Assembly: GCF_937976265.1 (NCBI RefSeq)
Contig: NZ_CALJRX010000256.1
Location: 1-34,948 of the forward strand
Origin: an uncultured Haemophilus sp.
Lineage (GTDB): Bacteria > Pseudomonadota > Gammaproteobacteria > Enterobacterales > Pasteurellaceae
Reading direction: 5' to 3'
DNA length: 34,948 bases
Shown here: positions 20,951 through 32,099 of the stretch, one piece after another
How the letters are laid out: each line of letters opens with the position of its first letter
Numbering within the stretch: the stretch's first letter is position 1
Notes under the pieces: model-generated
The model's input: the letters and a program-made list of their open reading frames with translations, nothing else
The model's database searches: none
What the model was told of the DNA's origin: nothing
Position numbers and translations under genes: made by a program

Positions 20951-20980
20951 CGGTACTTTTTGTTAATAAAGGGCATTTTT

Positions 20981-21331
20981 ATGAAATTGATGAAACATTT
21001 ATTTAGTTCATTATTTGTTGCGACCACAATGTTGAGCTCGCAAGTGTTTGCAGAAGAAAAGGTGGCTGAACAGGCTCAACCTCAAGTGCAAGTTCAGCAA
21101 CAAACCGCATCACAAACTACACAACAAGCAGTGAGTGATAAATTAAATATCAATACCGCCAGTGCATCAGAAATTCAAAAAGCGCTAATTGGTATTGGTG
21201 CGAAAAAGGCGGAAGCTATTGTGCAGTATCGTGAAAAGCACGGTAATTTCACTATGGCAGAACAATTGCTTGAAGTACAAGGCATTGGTAAAGCAACGTT
21301 AGAGAAAAACCGCGATCGTATCGCATTTTAA
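20981..21331 (+). CDS. comE1: Periplasmic DNA-binding competence protein, ComEA/ComE1 (helix-hairpin-helix)
   Basis: Start moved to the ATG at 20981, which gives a signal peptide ending SQVFA. LNINTAS...[22 protein letters not shown]...VQGIG. CRP-S site upstream. Confidence 0.93.
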   Translation: MKLMKHLFSSLFVATTMLSSQVFAEEKVAEQAQPQVQVQQQTASQTTQQAVSDKLNINTASASEIQKALIGIGAKKAEAIVQYREKHGNFTMAEQLLEVQGIGKATLEKNRDRIAF

Positions 21332-21350
21332 TCTGCGTTATTTATATATC

Positions 21351-21381
21351 AAAAGCGGGATAGTGATATCTCGCTTTTTTT
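21351..21381 (+). terminator. Intrinsic terminator after comE1
   Basis: AAAAGCGGGATA-GTGA-TATCTCGCTTTT plus a T-run. Confidence 0.85.
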
Positions 21382-21449
21382 GTATTCGAAGATAAAATTT
21401 ACCAAAACTTGCAAAATATCAAATTTTTTTGAAATAAGTAGGGGATTTC

Positions 21450-21477
21450 TTGCAATGGTTTTATAAGAGAGTAGAAT
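21450..21477 (+). promoter_or_regulatory. Putative sigma70 promoter of focA-pflB
   Basis: TTGCAA-16 nt-TAGAAT, about 70 nt upstream of focA. Confidence 0.5.
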
Positions 21478-21545
21478 ACCAAATGGGTATAGGAATACCT
21501 ATGTTGTAGTATAAGAAATAATAAACCAACTATTTGGAGTTAGAT

Positions 21546-22400
21546 ATGGCATCAGAAAATTTAAATCAATCTTCTGTTGCTCTCACACCAGTTGAAGCAA
21601 CGGATTATGCTGAAAGCGTCGCTGCGTATAAAGCGCAAAAACGCCCATTTTTATCATTTCTGTCTGGTATTAGTGCTGGGGCTTGTATTGCTTTAGCCTT
21701 TGTATTCTATACGACGACACAAACAGCAAGTGCAGGAGCGCCTTGGGGATTAACCAAGTTAGTCGGTGGGTTAGTTTTCTCTTTAGGCGTAATTATGGTG
21801 GTAATTTTAGGATCTGAATTATTCACCTCGTCTACTTTAACCTTAGTTGCCCGCGTAGGCGGTAAGATAACCACAACGCAAATGATCCGAAATTGGATTG
21901 TGGTATATTTGGGCAACTTTGTGGGCGGTTTATTTATTGCTGCAGTGATTTGGTTTGGGGGACAAACCATGGCAGCAAATGGTCAATGGGGTTTAACCAT
22001 TTTGGCAACCGCGCAACATAAGATTCATCATACTTGGTTTGAAGCATTTAACCTTGGTATTTTATGTAACATTATGGTGTGTGTAGCGGTATGGATGTCT
22101 TATTCCGGTAAAACTGTTACAGACAAAGCATTTATTATGATTATGCCAATTGGCTTATTTGTGGCATCAGGATTTGAACACTGTGTGGCAAATATGTTTA
22201 TGATTCCGCTTGGCATTATTACAGCACATTTTAGTACACCAGAATTTTGGCAACAAATTGGTGTGGATCCAATGAAATATGCAGACTTAGATCTTTATCA
22301 TTTCATTGTGAAGAATTTAATTCCCGTAACGTTGGGCAACATTGTGGGCGGCGCAGTTTGTATTGGCTTATTCCAACGTTATTTAACCAAAGCTCACTAA
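21546..22400 (+). CDS. focA: Formate channel (FNT family)
   Basis: Start likely the ATG at 21546 (GGAG RBS). GSELFTS, LCNIMVC, FVASGFEHCVANMF, VTLGNIVGG. Upstream of pflB. Confidence 0.96.
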   Translation: MASENLNQSSVALTPVEATDYAESVAAYKAQKRPFLSFLSGISAGACIALAFVFYTTTQTASAGAPWGLTKLVGGLVFSLGVIMVVILGSELFTSSTLTLVARVGGKITTTQMIRNWIVVYLGNFVGGLFIAAVIWFGGQTMAANGQWGLTILATAQHKIHHTWFEAFNLGILCNIMVCVAVWMSYSGKTVTDKAFIMIMPIGLFVASGFEHCVANMFMIPLGIITAHFSTPEFWQQIGVDPMKYADLDLYHFIVKNLIPVTLGNIVGGAVCIGLFQRYLTKAH

Positions 22401-22455
22401 TGTACTAACGAATTAAATAAGACTTATTTTTTATCAATTAAAAAAGGAAATGACT

Positions 22456-24768
22456 ATGTCAGAACTTAATGAAGCACAAAAAGTTGCGTGGGCAGGATTC
22501 GTTGCCGGTGATTGGCAAGAAAACGTCAACGTGCGTGATTTTATTCAAAAGAACTACACACCGTATGAAGGTGATGATTCTTTCTTAGCAGGTCCAACCG
22601 AAGCGACAACAAAACTTTGGGAAACCGTAATGGAAGGAATTAAAGTTGAAAACCGCACACATGCGCCATTAGACTTTGACGAACATACGCCTTCAACGAT
22701 TACTTCTCACGCACCAGGTTATATCAATAAAGACTTAGAGAAAATCGTAGGTCTTCAAACTGATGCTCCATTAAAACGTGCTATTATGCCATTTGGTGGG
22801 ATTAAAATGGTGGAAGGATCATGCAAAATTTACGGTCGTGAATTAGATCCTGAAGTGAAAAAAATCTTCACTGAATACCGTAAAACACATAACCAAGGTG
22901 TATTCGATGTTTATACGCCGGATATTTTACGTTGCCGTAAATCAGGCGTATTAACCGGTCTTCCTGATGCTTACGGTCGTGGCCGTATTATCGGTGACTA
23001 CCGTCGTGTCGCACTTTACGGTGTAGACTTCTTAATGAAAGATAAATACGCACAATTTACTTCTTTACAAAAAGACTTAGAAGATGGCGTAAATCTTGAA
23101 GCAACTATCCGTTTACGTGAAGAAATTGCAGAACAACACCGTGCATTAGGCCAAATGAAACAAATGGCGGCAAGCTACGGTTACGATATTTCTAACCCAG
23201 CAACCAATGCTAAAGAAGCCATTCAATGGATGTACTTTGCTTACTTAGCGGCAATCAAATCACAAAACGGTGCAGCGATGTCGTTTGGTCGTACTGCAAC
23301 CTTTATCGATATCTATATCGAACGTGATTTAAAAGCGGGTAAACTTACTGAAACTGAAGCGCAAGAATTAGTTGACCACTTAGTCATGAAACTTCGTATG
23401 GTTCGTTTCTTACGTACACCTGAATACGATCAATTGTTCTCTGGTGACCCAATGTGGGCAACTGAAACCATCGCAGGTATGGGTTTAGACGGTCGTACAT
23501 TAGTAACCAAAAATACATTCCGTATTTTACACACCCTTTACAACATGGGTACTTCTCCAGAACCAAACTTAACAATTCTTTGGTCTGAACAATTACCTGA
23601 AAACTTCAAACGTTTCTGTGCGAAAGTATCGATTGATACCTCATCAGTTCAATACGAAAACGATGATTTAATGCGTCCAGACTTCAACAATGATGACTAC
23701 GCAATCGCATGTTGTGTATCACCAATGGTTGTTGGTAAACAAATGCAATTCTTCGGTGCGCGTGCAAACTTAGCGAAAACATTGTTATACGCAATCAACG
23801 GCGGTATCGATGAAAAATTAGGTATGCAAGTAGGTCCGAAAACTGCACCAATCACTGATGAAGTGTTAGATTTCGACACCGTAATGACTCGTATGGACAG
23901 CTTTATGGATTGGTTGGCAAAACAATATGTGACAGCCTTAAACATCATCCACTACATGCACGATAAATATTCATACGAAGCCGCATTAATGGCGTTACAT
24001 GATCGTGATGTATACCGTACCATGGCTTGTGGTATCGCGGGTCTTTCTGTTGCGGCAGACTCACTTTCAGCAATTAAATATGCGAAAGTTAAACCGGTTC
24101 GTGGCGACATCAAAGATAAAGATGGCAATGTTGTAGCAAGCAACGTAGCGATCGACTTCGAAATCGAAGGTGAATATCCACAATATGGTAACAACGACAA
24201 CCGTGTTGATGACATCGCTTGTGACTTAGTTGAACGTTTCATGAAGAAAATTCAAAAACTTAAAACTTACCGCAACGCTGTGCCTACACAATCTGTATTA
24301 ACCATTACTTCTAACGTAGTTTATGGTAAGAAAACAGGTAACACCCCAGATGGTCGTCGTGCTGGCGCGCCATTCGGACCAGGTGCTAACCCAATGCACG
24401 GTCGTGACCAAAAAGGTGCGGTAGCGTCATTAACTTCTGTGGCTAAACTTCCATTTGCTTACGCAAAAGATGGTATTTCTTATACCTTCTCAATCGTACC
24501 AAATGCGTTAGGTAAAGATCCAGAAGCGCAACGTCGCAACCTTGCTGGCTTAATGGATGGTTACTTCCACCATGAAGCTACAGTAGAAGGCGGTCAACAC
24601 TTAAATGTGAACGTATTAAACCGTGAAATGTTATTAGATGCGATGGAAAATCCGGACAAATATCCGCAATTAACCATTCGTGTATCTGGTTACGCAGTAC
24701 GTTTCAACTCTTTAACTAAAGAGCAACAACAAGACGTCGTCACTCGTACATTCACAGAATCGTTCTAA
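22456..24768 (+). CDS. pflB: Pyruvate formate-lyase
   Basis: MSELNE start (alternative ATG at 22450), AIACCVS active site, [10 protein letters not shown] glycyl-radical motif. Confidence 0.99.
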   Translation: MSELNEAQKVAWAGFVAGDWQENVNVRDFIQKNYTPYEGDDSFLAGPTEATTKLWETVMEGIKVENRTHAPLDFDEHTPSTITSHAPGYINKDLEKIVGLQTDAPLKRAIMPFGGIKMVEGSCKIYGRELDPEVKKIFTEYRKTHNQGVFDVYTPDILRCRKSGVLTGLPDAYGRGRIIGDYRRVALYGVDFLMKDKYAQFTSLQKDLEDGVNLEATIRLREEIAEQHRALGQMKQMAASYGYDISNPATNAKEAIQWMYFAYLAAIKSQNGAAMSFGRTATFIDIYIERDLKAGKLTETEAQELVDHLVMKLRMVRFLRTPEYDQLFSGDPMWATETIAGMGLDGRTLVTKNTFRILHTLYNMGTSPEPNLTILWSEQLPENFKRFCAKVSIDTSSVQYENDDLMRPDFNNDDYAIACCVSPMVVGKQMQFFGARANLAKTLLYAINGGIDEKLGMQVGPKTAPITDEVLDFDTVMTRMDSFMDWLAKQYVTALNIIHYMHDKYSYEAALMALHDRDVYRTMACGIAGLSVAADSLSAIKYAKVKPVRGDIKDKDGNVVASNVAIDFEIEGEYPQYGNNDNRVDDIACDLVERFMKKIQKLKTYRNAVPTQSVLTITSNVVYGKKTGNTPDGRRAGAPFGPGANPMHGRDQKGAVASLTSVAKLPFAYAKDGISYTFSIVPNALGKDPEAQRRNLAGLMDGYFHHEATVEGGQHLNVNVLNREMLLDAMENPDKYPQLTIRVSGYAVRFNSLTKEQQQDVVTRTFTESF

Positions 24769-24812
24769 AACACGATAAAATTTAACCGCACTTTAGCGGG
24801 AACATAAAAATT

Positions 24813-24843
24813 ATGAGCCTGATTTAAGTCAGGCTCATTTTTT
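24813..24843 (+). terminator. Intrinsic terminator after pflB
   Basis: ATGAGCCTGA-TTTAAG-TCAGGCTCAT plus a T-run. Confidence 0.88.
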
Positions 24844-24898
24844 ATAGATGATATTTTTGGTAAAATTTAGCTATATTTAGTTTTTTGGAAATTTATGT

Positions 24899-25639
24899 AT
24901 GTCTGTTTTAGGAAGAATTCATTCTTTTGAATCCTGTGGCACCGTGGATGGTCCGGGGATTCGTTTTATTTTATTTATGCAAGGCTGCTTGATGCGTTGC
25001 AAATATTGCCACAACCGTGATACTTGGGATCTTGATGGTGGTCGCGAAATCAGTGTGGAAGAACTTATGAAAGAAGTGGTGAGTTATCGTCACTTTATGA
25101 ATGCAACTGGTGGTGGTGTAACAGCATCAGGTGGTGAGGCCATTCTTCAAGCTGAGTTTGTTCGTGATTGGTTCCGTGCTTGTAAAGCAGAAGGGATTAA
25201 TACTTGTTTAGATACCAATGGTTTTGTACGTCATTATGACCATATTATTGATGAACTAATCGATGTAACCGATCTTGTTTTGCTTGATTTGAAAGAGCTG
25301 AACGATCAAGTGCACCAAAACCTTATTGGTGTGCCAAATAAACGGACGTTGGAATTTGCAAAATATCTGCAAAAACGAAATCAACGTACATGGATTCGTT
25401 ATGTCGTGGTTCCAGGTTACACAGATAGTGACCATGATATTCATTTATTAGGGCAATTCATTGAAGGTATGACCAATATTGAAAAAGTCGAACTTCTTCC
25501 TTATCATCGATTAGGCGCCCACAAATGGAAAACCCTTGGGTTTGACTATGAACTCGAAGATGTATTGCCTCCGACAAAAGAGTCGCTTGAGCATATTAAA
25601 AATATCTTAGAGGGATACGGACATACCGTAAAATACTAA
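24899..25639 (+). CDS. pflA: PFL-activating enzyme (radical SAM)
   Basis: [20 protein letters not shown] (CxxxCxxC), SGGE, LLPYH. Confidence 0.98.
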   Translation: MSVLGRIHSFESCGTVDGPGIRFILFMQGCLMRCKYCHNRDTWDLDGGREISVEELMKEVVSYRHFMNATGGGVTASGGEAILQAEFVRDWFRACKAEGINTCLDTNGFVRHYDHIIDELIDVTDLVLLDLKELNDQVHQNLIGVPNKRTLEFAKYLQKRNQRTWIRYVVVPGYTDSDHDIHLLGQFIEGMTNIEKVELLPYHRLGAHKWKTLGFDYELEDVLPPTKESLEHIKNILEGYGHTVKY

Positions 25640-25693
25640 GCGATAGTGTTAAACGGTAAACAGCAAGCTTCAGTAAGCTTTAAGGAGAGAAAA

Positions 25694-26197
25694 ATGAAAA
25701 AATTAGCATTAACGTTTTTAGGTGTAGCCCTTTTAGCAGGCTGTTCTGCTGTTCAACCACCAGTTACACAAGAAGAGGTGACATTAACACTTCCTTCAAA
25801 AGATAGAGTAGGGTATGTGCGATTAGTAAAAGATAAAAATTACTACATTGATACCGATTCAATTTGGGTAGACAACCAAGATTTAAACCAAGTGCATTTT
25901 GATGCAGTGGTGAATTTGGATAAAGGTTTATATGTGTATCCAAATGAGAAAAGACGTTATGCGCGATCTGTTCGCCAATATAAAATCTTAAACTGTAAGA
26001 ACTACCATTTAACCCAAGTTCGTACTGATTTTTATGATGATTTTTGGGGCGAAGGTTTACGTGCAGCACCGAAAAAACAAGAGAAATATACAATCAGCTT
26101 AAAGCCGAATACAACGCTCTATGCGGCTGCGCAAGTTATTTGTGTGAACTCAGATAGAAAACCTTCTTTAGATTTAGAAGGCTCAAAAGCAAAATAA
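25694..26197 (+). CDS. pe: Surface adhesin protein E-family lipoprotein
   Basis: Start at the ATG at 25694 (AAGGAG RBS), lipobox LAGC. GYVRLVK...YYID..SIWVDNQ...VHFDAVVNLDKGLYVY...RYARSVRQYKILNC matches H. influenzae protein E. Adjacent to pflA. Confidence 0.9.
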   Translation: MKKLALTFLGVALLAGCSAVQPPVTQEEVTLTLPSKDRVGYVRLVKDKNYYIDTDSIWVDNQDLNQVHFDAVVNLDKGLYVYPNEKRRYARSVRQYKILNCKNYHLTQVRTDFYDDFWGEGLRAAPKKQEKYTISLKPNTTLYAAAQVICVNSDRKPSLDLEGSKAK

Positions 26198-26203
26198 TCA
26201 ATT

Positions 26204-26233
26204 AAAGTGCGGTTAGAAATAGCCGCATTTTTT
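26204..26233 (+). terminator. USS-based terminator after pe
   Basis: AAAGTGCGGTTA-GAAA-TAGCCGCATTT plus a T-run. Confidence 0.8.
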
Positions 26234-26261
26234 ATCTCTCAGAAATTAATGAGCAGGTAAT

Positions 26262-26294
26262 AAAAAACGGTCAATATTCATTAAATATTGACCG
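26262..26294 (-). terminator. Terminator after efp
   Basis: CGGTCAATATT-CATTA-AATATTGACCG, preceded by an A-run that gives a U-tract on the minus strand. Confidence 0.75.
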
Positions 26295-26317
26295 CTCTTT
26301 TTATCTCATATGAAAGA

Positions 26318-26884
26318 TTATTTCACACGAGAAACGTATTCGCCTGAACGAGTATCGACTTTAATCACCTCGCCAATTTGAACGAAAAGAGGTACTTTCA
26401 CCACAGCGCCAGTGCTTAATGTTGCTGGTTTACCGCCTGTACCTGCAGTATCACCTTTAAGACCAGGGTCTGTATCGATGATTTCTAATTCTACGAAGTT
26501 TGGTGGAGTAATGCTGATTGGCGCACCATTCCATAAAGTCACGATACAATCTGCTTGGTCTAATAACCATTTTTCTGCATCACCCACTGCTTTTGCATCA
26601 GCAGAGTATTGTTCGAATGTTTCTGGGTGCATGAAGTACCAGAATGCATCATCTTTGTATGAATAAGTGAGGTTAAGATCCATAACATCAGCAGCTTCAA
26701 CCGAAGTACCAGATTTGAAGTTTACGTCTAATACTTTGCCTGAAATTAATTTACGAATACGAGTACGAGTAAAAGCTTGGCCTTTACCTGGTTTAACGAA
26801 TTCGTTTTCAACGATCACACAAGGCTCACCGTCTTGCATAAATTTTAGACCTGGTTTGAAATCACTGGTAGTATATGTAGCCAT
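26318..26884 (-). CDS. efp: Elongation factor P
   Basis: [29 protein letters not shown]. Confidence 0.99.
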   Translation of the reverse strand: MATYTTSDFKPGLKFMQDGEPCVIVENEFVKPGKGQAFTRTRIRKLISGKVLDVNFKSGTSVEAADVMDLNLTYSYKDDAFWYFMHPETFEQYSADAKAVGDAEKWLLDQADCIVTLWNGAPISITPPNFVELEIIDTDPGLKGDTAGTGGKPATLSTGAVVKVPLFVQIGEVIKVDTRSGEYVSRVK

Positions 26885-26920
26885 ATTAAAAATATCCTAA
26901 AAAATAGAGATTGTTTGAAA

Positions 26921-27937
26921 GTGCGTATTTTAACCCGAAATATTGCGATTAGAGAAGAACAAAATTGGTTAGAAACCCTAAAAAATGCGATTTCTGATCC
27001 GAAAATCTTACTAAAAACCTTAAATTTGCCTGTTGAAGATTTTGCCGAGGATATCACCGCTCGTAAACTTTTTGCTATGCGAGTGCCTTTGCCTTTTGTC
27101 GAAAAAATGGAAAAGGGGAATCCGAAAGATCCACTTTTTTTACAAGTGATGACGGCTCAGCAAGAATTTATTGAAGCAGAGGGTTTTAGTCAAGATCCTT
27201 TAGATGAGCAGCAAAAAAATGCCGTGCCTAATATTCTGCATAAATACCAAAATCGCTTGCTGTTCATGGCAAAAGGGGGGTGTGCTGTCAATTGTCGTTA
27301 TTGCTTTCGTCGTCATTTTCCTTACGATCAAAACCCAGGCAATAAAACCAGTTGGCAACAAGCAATAGACTATATTGCCGCACATTCTGAAATCGAAGAA
27401 GTGATTTTTTCGGGTGGCGATCCCATGATGGCGAAGGATAGTGAATGGGCGTGGCTATTAGAACGCCTTGAAAAGATACCGCACTTACAGCGTTTGCGTA
27501 TTCACTCTCGTTTACCTGTCGTGATTCCAGAACGTATTACGGATGAATTTTGTGATTTATTGCTAAAAAGCCCATTACAAACGGTGTTTGTGACGCATAT
27601 CAATCACCCAAATGAAATTGATGAAGAACTCGCTTTGGCTATGCAAAAACTGGCAGGCGCTAAAGTCACATTACTCAATCAATCCGTCCTTTTAAAGGAT
27701 GTGAATGATAACCCACATACATTAAAAGTATTAAGCGATAAGTTGTTTCAAGCGGGCATTCTGCCTTATTACTTGCATTTGTTGGATAAAGTGCAAGGTG
27801 CGAGCCATTTCTATATTTCAGATGAGAAAGCGTTACAAATTTATAAAGAATTACAGGCGCTCACTTCTGGCTATTTAGTACCCAAATTAGCTCGAGAAAT
27901 CGGTGGAGAGCCAAATAAAACTTTATACACAGCTTAA
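26921..27937 (+). CDS. epmB: EF-P beta-lysylation protein (lysine 2,3-aminomutase-like radical SAM)
   Basis: GCAVNCRYCFRRHFPY, SGGDP, LLNQSVLL, SGYLVP. Divergent from efp. Start probably the GTG at 26921 (alternative TTG at 26915). Confidence 0.95.
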   Translation: MRILTRNIAIREEQNWLETLKNAISDPKILLKTLNLPVEDFAEDITARKLFAMRVPLPFVEKMEKGNPKDPLFLQVMTAQQEFIEAEGFSQDPLDEQQKNAVPNILHKYQNRLLFMAKGGCAVNCRYCFRRHFPYDQNPGNKTSWQQAIDYIAAHSEIEEVIFSGGDPMMAKDSEWAWLLERLEKIPHLQRLRIHSRLPVVIPERITDEFCDLLLKSPLQTVFVTHINHPNEIDEELALAMQKLAGAKVTLLNQSVLLKDVNDNPHTLKVLSDKLFQAGILPYYLHLLDKVQGASHFYISDEKALQIYKELQALTSGYLVPKLAREIGGEPNKTLYTA

Positions 27938-28012
27938 GATCCGATAAAATACGATCCAATTTTTCACCGCACTTTTTGTGCGATCTTTAGTTTAGCAAAT
28001 CGAGGTAATCCC

Positions 28013-29395
28013 GTGGATAATAAAAATCAACCTAACGACAATTCATCTCAAAATGAATTAGATTTAGGATTTAATCATTCAGACTCTGTGACCCCAAGAA
28101 AACCGGTTCAACAAAGTGGCTCAATTTTTGATAAAGCCAAAGGTTTATTTGGTAAAAAAGAACAGCCAGATACGCAATTCCATGTTCGTCGCGAGCCAAC
28201 TTTTGGCGCGGCAGCAAGCCAACCTTTTTCGCCTTCTCAAGCATTTCAACGTGAAAATACTGAACAGTCAGCGCCATCAAGTGCTTTCGGAACTCAAGAG
28301 CCCGTTGAGAATGTTCAAGTAGAAAACGTAACGGAAGAAAAAGTGATTTTTGAAAATTCTCCTGCAGAAGAGATTGTGGAAGAAGTGACAACTCAAACCG
28401 AAACAGTTGCACCGGCAGCCACTGTGGCATCAAGCTTGAAATCACCTGAAAAATGGAAGGTTCTACAAATGTTACCAGAAAAACATCGTCGTTTATTTAT
28501 TGCGATTTTGGGTTTAGTGGTATTACTGATCATTTTCTTCACCCTAAAACCAAATTCAGATACGGTGGAGTCTTTTGAACAACAAAATGGTAATGAAATA
28601 CCAGTTCAATTCCAATCATTGGATCAGTCTCAACCAGTTGAAACGACGATATTAGATAACAATAATACGGTAGCACCAGCAAAAACAGAACAAACAGCAA
28701 ATGACGCTAAATCAGATACACCTCCAGCAATGGAATATGTAGGTGATAAAGCAGATGCTGCTAAATCACAAACTGCAGAGCCTGCACAACAAACTGTTGC
28801 TCAACAACCGGTAACGCCAGTTCAGCCAACTGTTGCACCAACACCAGTTAAAGAACCCGTGAAAACAGTGCAACCAACTGTAGAAAAAAATACTGCAACG
28901 GTTGAGCATAAAGCAGAACCTCGTCGTGAACAGACACCTGTGGTTCAAGAGAAAAAACAACCTAAACCAGTAACTGAAAAAGCGACAGCTCAACCGACTC
29001 AAACCGTGAAAAAAGAGTCAAGCAAAATTCAAGAAGCGAAACCTGTTGCCACTAAAGATAGTAAGGTTCAAATTGTGGAAGCGAAATCCGCAACCCACAA
29101 GGCTGTGAAAGCAGCTGAACCAGCAGCACAAACCGCTTCAACAGGTGCAACAAAAACATTAACTGTGCCGCAAGGTGTTTCACTGATGCAAGTATTCCGT
29201 GATAATAAATTGAATATTGCCGATGTGAATGCCATGACCAAAGCAAACGGTGCAGGTAATGCATTAAGCAGTTTCAAACCTGGTGACAAAGTACAGGTTT
29301 CAGTGAACAGTCAAGGTCGAGTGAGTGAGCTTCGTTTATCAAATGGCGGCAAGTTCATTCGTCAAGCCGATGGTTCATATCAGTATAAAAAATAA
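28013..29395 (+). CDS. oapA: Opacity-associated protein A
   Basis: RREPTFG, LPEKHRRL followed by a TM segment, a Pro/Thr/Gln-rich linker, and a C-terminal LysM-like domain VPQGVSLMQVFRDN...FIRQADGSY. Confidence 0.93.
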   Translation: MDNKNQPNDNSSQNELDLGFNHSDSVTPRKPVQQSGSIFDKAKGLFGKKEQPDTQFHVRREPTFGAAASQPFSPSQAFQRENTEQSAPSSAFGTQEPVENVQVENVTEEKVIFENSPAEEIVEEVTTQTETVAPAATVASSLKSPEKWKVLQMLPEKHRRLFIAILGLVVLLIIFFTLKPNSDTVESFEQQNGNEIPVQFQSLDQSQPVETTILDNNNTVAPAKTEQTANDAKSDTPPAMEYVGDKADAAKSQTAEPAQQTVAQQPVTPVQPTVAPTPVKEPVKTVQPTVEKNTATVEHKAEPRREQTPVVQEKKQPKPVTEKATAQPTQTVKKESSKIQEAKPVATKDSKVQIVEAKSATHKAVKAAEPAAQTASTGATKTLTVPQGVSLMQVFRDNKLNIADVNAMTKANGAGNALSSFKPGDKVQVSVNSQGRVSELRLSNGGKFIRQADGSYQYKK

Positions 29396-29402
29396 TTTTT
29401 AG

Positions 29403-29425
29403 TGGGCGAGTAATCGCCCATTTTT
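29403..29425 (+). terminator. Terminator-like hairpin after oapA
   Basis: TGGGCGA-GTAA-TCGCCCA-TTTTT. Confidence 0.75.
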
Positions 29426-29500
29426 CTAGATAAGATTGTTTATCCTTGCTCATTTCGCAAAGTGAGCAATCATAAAAAAACCTTGATGGAAATAGAATTC

Positions 29501-29908
29501 ATGTTAAAAAAATTAAGCGTAATTTTGACCGCACTTTGGCTTTCCGCATGCTCGCAGAATGTTGAGTTAACTAAAGCCACACCACAGAAAATGAAAGTGC
29601 AAACCGTTGATAAAAAATCCCAAAAGGGTTCAGCGACGGTTTATTTGTGTAAAGACAATAAAGAAGTGAGTGTGGTTCATACCAAGCAAAAACAGAAAAG
29701 TAAAAAAACACTCAGTCAGGTGACCGTCACTTTTAATGATGTAACTGAAAAATTGACTCGTGTGATTTCTGAGCGTGGTAGGAATTATGCCAATATTCGT
29801 TGGTATTGGCAGGAGCGAGATGACTTCAGTCGATTACAAACTAGCGTAGGTGAAGTGCTCGCAGAACGCTGTGTTAAACAACCAAGTGAATTAAAATCAG
29901 GCAAATAA
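29501..29908 (+). CDS. oapB: Opacity-associated protein B (lipoprotein)
   Basis: Start at the ATG at 29501, lipobox [29 protein letters not shown]. Between oapA and recO. Confidence 0.88.
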   Translation: MLKKLSVILTALWLSACSQNVELTKATPQKMKVQTVDKKSQKGSATVYLCKDNKEVSVVHTKQKQKSKKTLSQVTVTFNDVTEKLTRVISERGRNYANIRWYWQERDDFSRLQTSVGEVLAERCVKQPSELKSGK

Positions 29909-29915
29909 TTCTTTT

Positions 29916-30620
29916 ATGGATCTCCAACGCGGCTTTGTGTTACATCGTCGTCCTTATAGTGAAACCAGCCTTTTGGTGGATTTATTCACTGAAGAAACGG
30001 GACGTTTGACGGTTATTGCAAAAGGTGCACGTGCGAAACGTTCGGCATGGAAATCTGTCTTACAGCCTTTTACGCCATTACTTCTTCGTTGGTCAGGTAA
30101 AGGCGCATTAAAAACGCTCACAAAAGCAGAGCCCGCGGCAATTACGCTACCTTTGCAGCAAACGGCTTTATACAGCGGGTTTTATGTAAATGAGCTGATT
30201 ACTCGCGTGATCGAACCAGAAACTGCCAATCCACAACTTTTTCAGCATTATCTTCAATGCTTAACAGGCTTAGCCACTCAACCACAGGTTGAGCCTACAT
30301 TACGTCTATTTGAATTTCATTTACTTAAAATCTTAGGTTATGGCATTGATTTTCTGCATTGTGCTGGATCCGGTTTGCCAGTGGATGAATCGATGACTTA
30401 CCAATACCGTGCGGAAAAGGGTTTTATCGCCTCGTTAGTGAAAGATAACTTGACCTTTTATGGTCGAGATTTACTCGCCTTTGACCGTTTGGAATTCACC
30501 GATGAGGCAGTCTTGCAAGCGGCAAAACGTTTTACCCGCATTGCACTTAAACCTTATTTAGGTGATAAGCCGCTGAAAAGTCGAGAATTATTTACGCAAA
30601 ATGTACTTTATTTAAAATAA
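29916..30620 (+). CDS. recO: DNA repair protein RecO
   Basis: [35 protein letters not shown]. Confidence 0.97.
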   Translation: MDLQRGFVLHRRPYSETSLLVDLFTEETGRLTVIAKGARAKRSAWKSVLQPFTPLLLRWSGKGALKTLTKAEPAAITLPLQQTALYSGFYVNELITRVIEPETANPQLFQHYLQCLTGLATQPQVEPTLRLFEFHLLKILGYGIDFLHCAGSGLPVDESMTYQYRAEKGFIASLVKDNLTFYGRDLLAFDRLEFTDEAVLQAAKRFTRIALKPYLGDKPLKSRELFTQNVLYLK

Positions 30621-30656
30621 TCCCTTTCTTTGATACAAATAGATTAAGACACCATC

Positions 30657-31967
30657 ATGGCTTTACTTTACGCTCCACAAAAAAAACAGAAAAGCATAAA
30701 AAAAATCATCGCTGAAATTCAGGATTTAGATTATCAAGGGCTAGGTGTCGCCAAAATTCAAGGTAAAACCTGGTTCATTGAAAATGCTTTGCCAACGGAA
30801 AAAGTGGAAGCGGTAGTGACCGATGAAAAACGTCAATATGGATTAGCCACTGCTCAAAAATGGCTACAAGAGAGTAATCAGCGAGTTGAGCCACAATGTC
30901 GTTATTATGGGCGTTGTGGTGGATGCCAAGGCCAGCATATTCCTGTGGAAATGCAGCGTAAAGCCAAAGAGAAAGCCCTTTTTTCTCGTTTAAGTAAACT
31001 GCAAGCAGAGCCCATTCAATTAATGCCCCTGATTTGTGGCGAACAGTGGGCTTATCGTCGTCGAGTACGATTAAGTTTACTGTGGAATGCGAAAAACAAA
31101 ACCGTTGAAATGGGATTTCGTCAGAAAAACTCCAATCAATTGGTGAGTATTCAGCAATGCTTAGTGGCAGAGCAAGCAATCAATCATCTTATCCCAAAAT
31201 TGACCGCACTTTTGGCGCAATATTCAGCCCCAAAACAATTAGGGCATATTGAATTGGTTTCGGCGGATAATGGCGTAGCCATGTTGTTACGCTATAAAGG
31301 AAATTTAGCTGAAACTGACCGCACTTTATTGCTCGAGTTTGCGCGCGCCAATGCCGTGAATTTGTTTTTACAAGATGATCAAGGTATTCAACTTGTGTAT
31401 GGTGAAATGCCTTATTATGCATTAGATGATATTCGTTTATCTTTCGATATCCGCGATTTTATTCAAGTGAATACTCGCTTAAATCAGCAAATGGTTGAGA
31501 CTGCTTTAGATTGGCTTGATTTGAATCAGGACGATCACGTTTTAGATTTGTTCTGTGGCATGGGCAATTTCACGTTGCCTTTAGCCAAACGCGTGAAAAG
31601 TGCGGTTGGAATTGAAGGTGTTTTTGATATGGTACAAAAAGCCCAATCGAATGCACAGTTTAATCACATTGAGAATGTTGAGTTTTATCAAGCCGATTTA
31701 GACCAGAGCTTTTCAGAACAGCCTTGGGCAAAACAACATTTTAATAAAATTCTTCTCGACCCGCCTCGTAGCGGTGCGGCTTTTGCGCTGAATGCGTTAT
31801 GTGAGCTAGGTGCAGAAAGCATTCTTTATGTATCTTGTAACCCTGCAACCTTAGTACGAGATGCAGAAATACTTCGCTTTTTCGGTTATCGCATCATCAA
31901 AACTGCCATGATTGATATGTTCCCGCATACCAGTCATTTAGAATCAGTGACATTATTTGAAAAATAA
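30657..31967 (+). CDS. rlmD: 23S rRNA (uracil1939-C5)-methyltransferase
   Basis: TRAM N-terminus, CxxxxxCGGC Fe-S motif, FIQVN, LDLFCGMGNF, LDPPRSG, YVSCNP, DMFPHTSHLE. Confidence 0.96.
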   Translation: MALLYAPQKKQKSIKKIIAEIQDLDYQGLGVAKIQGKTWFIENALPTEKVEAVVTDEKRQYGLATAQKWLQESNQRVEPQCRYYGRCGGCQGQHIPVEMQRKAKEKALFSRLSKLQAEPIQLMPLICGEQWAYRRRVRLSLLWNAKNKTVEMGFRQKNSNQLVSIQQCLVAEQAINHLIPKLTALLAQYSAPKQLGHIELVSADNGVAMLLRYKGNLAETDRTLLLEFARANAVNLFLQDDQGIQLVYGEMPYYALDDIRLSFDIRDFIQVNTRLNQQMVETALDWLDLNQDDHVLDLFCGMGNFTLPLAKRVKSAVGIEGVFDMVQKAQSNAQFNHIENVEFYQADLDQSFSEQPWAKQHFNKILLDPPRSGAAFALNALCELGAESILYVSCNPATLVRDAEILRFFGYRIIKTAMIDMFPHTSHLESVTLFEK

Positions 31968-32099
31968 TATCAGCTCGCTAATAGTCCTTTACAATATTAT
32001 TACATTGGGAAGTGATTAAATTATCAACCTTTTATTTTATTGTTTATTCTTTTCAGGCATAATTCTAATTACAACAACTTATAGAAAGGTTCTAGGTTT

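Noticed and set aside
20861..20980. N-terminal extension of comE1 in the ORF track (similar extensions for DUF2251, pe, oapB and the DUF4153-like gene)
   Set aside because: The extension runs through the CRP-S/USS promoter. The downstream ATGs give better RBS placement and/or proper signal peptides.
21409..21422. FNR-like TTGCA-AAAT-ATCAA upstream of focA
   Set aside because: Only 8/10 match in AT-rich DNA, and its position relative to the predicted promoter is non-canonical. Biologically plausible but unsupported.
28740..29140. Repetitive-looking Pro/Thr/Gln/Val-rich stretch in oapA
   Set aside because: It is the ordinary low-complexity OapA linker, not a tandem DNA repeat or CRISPR array.
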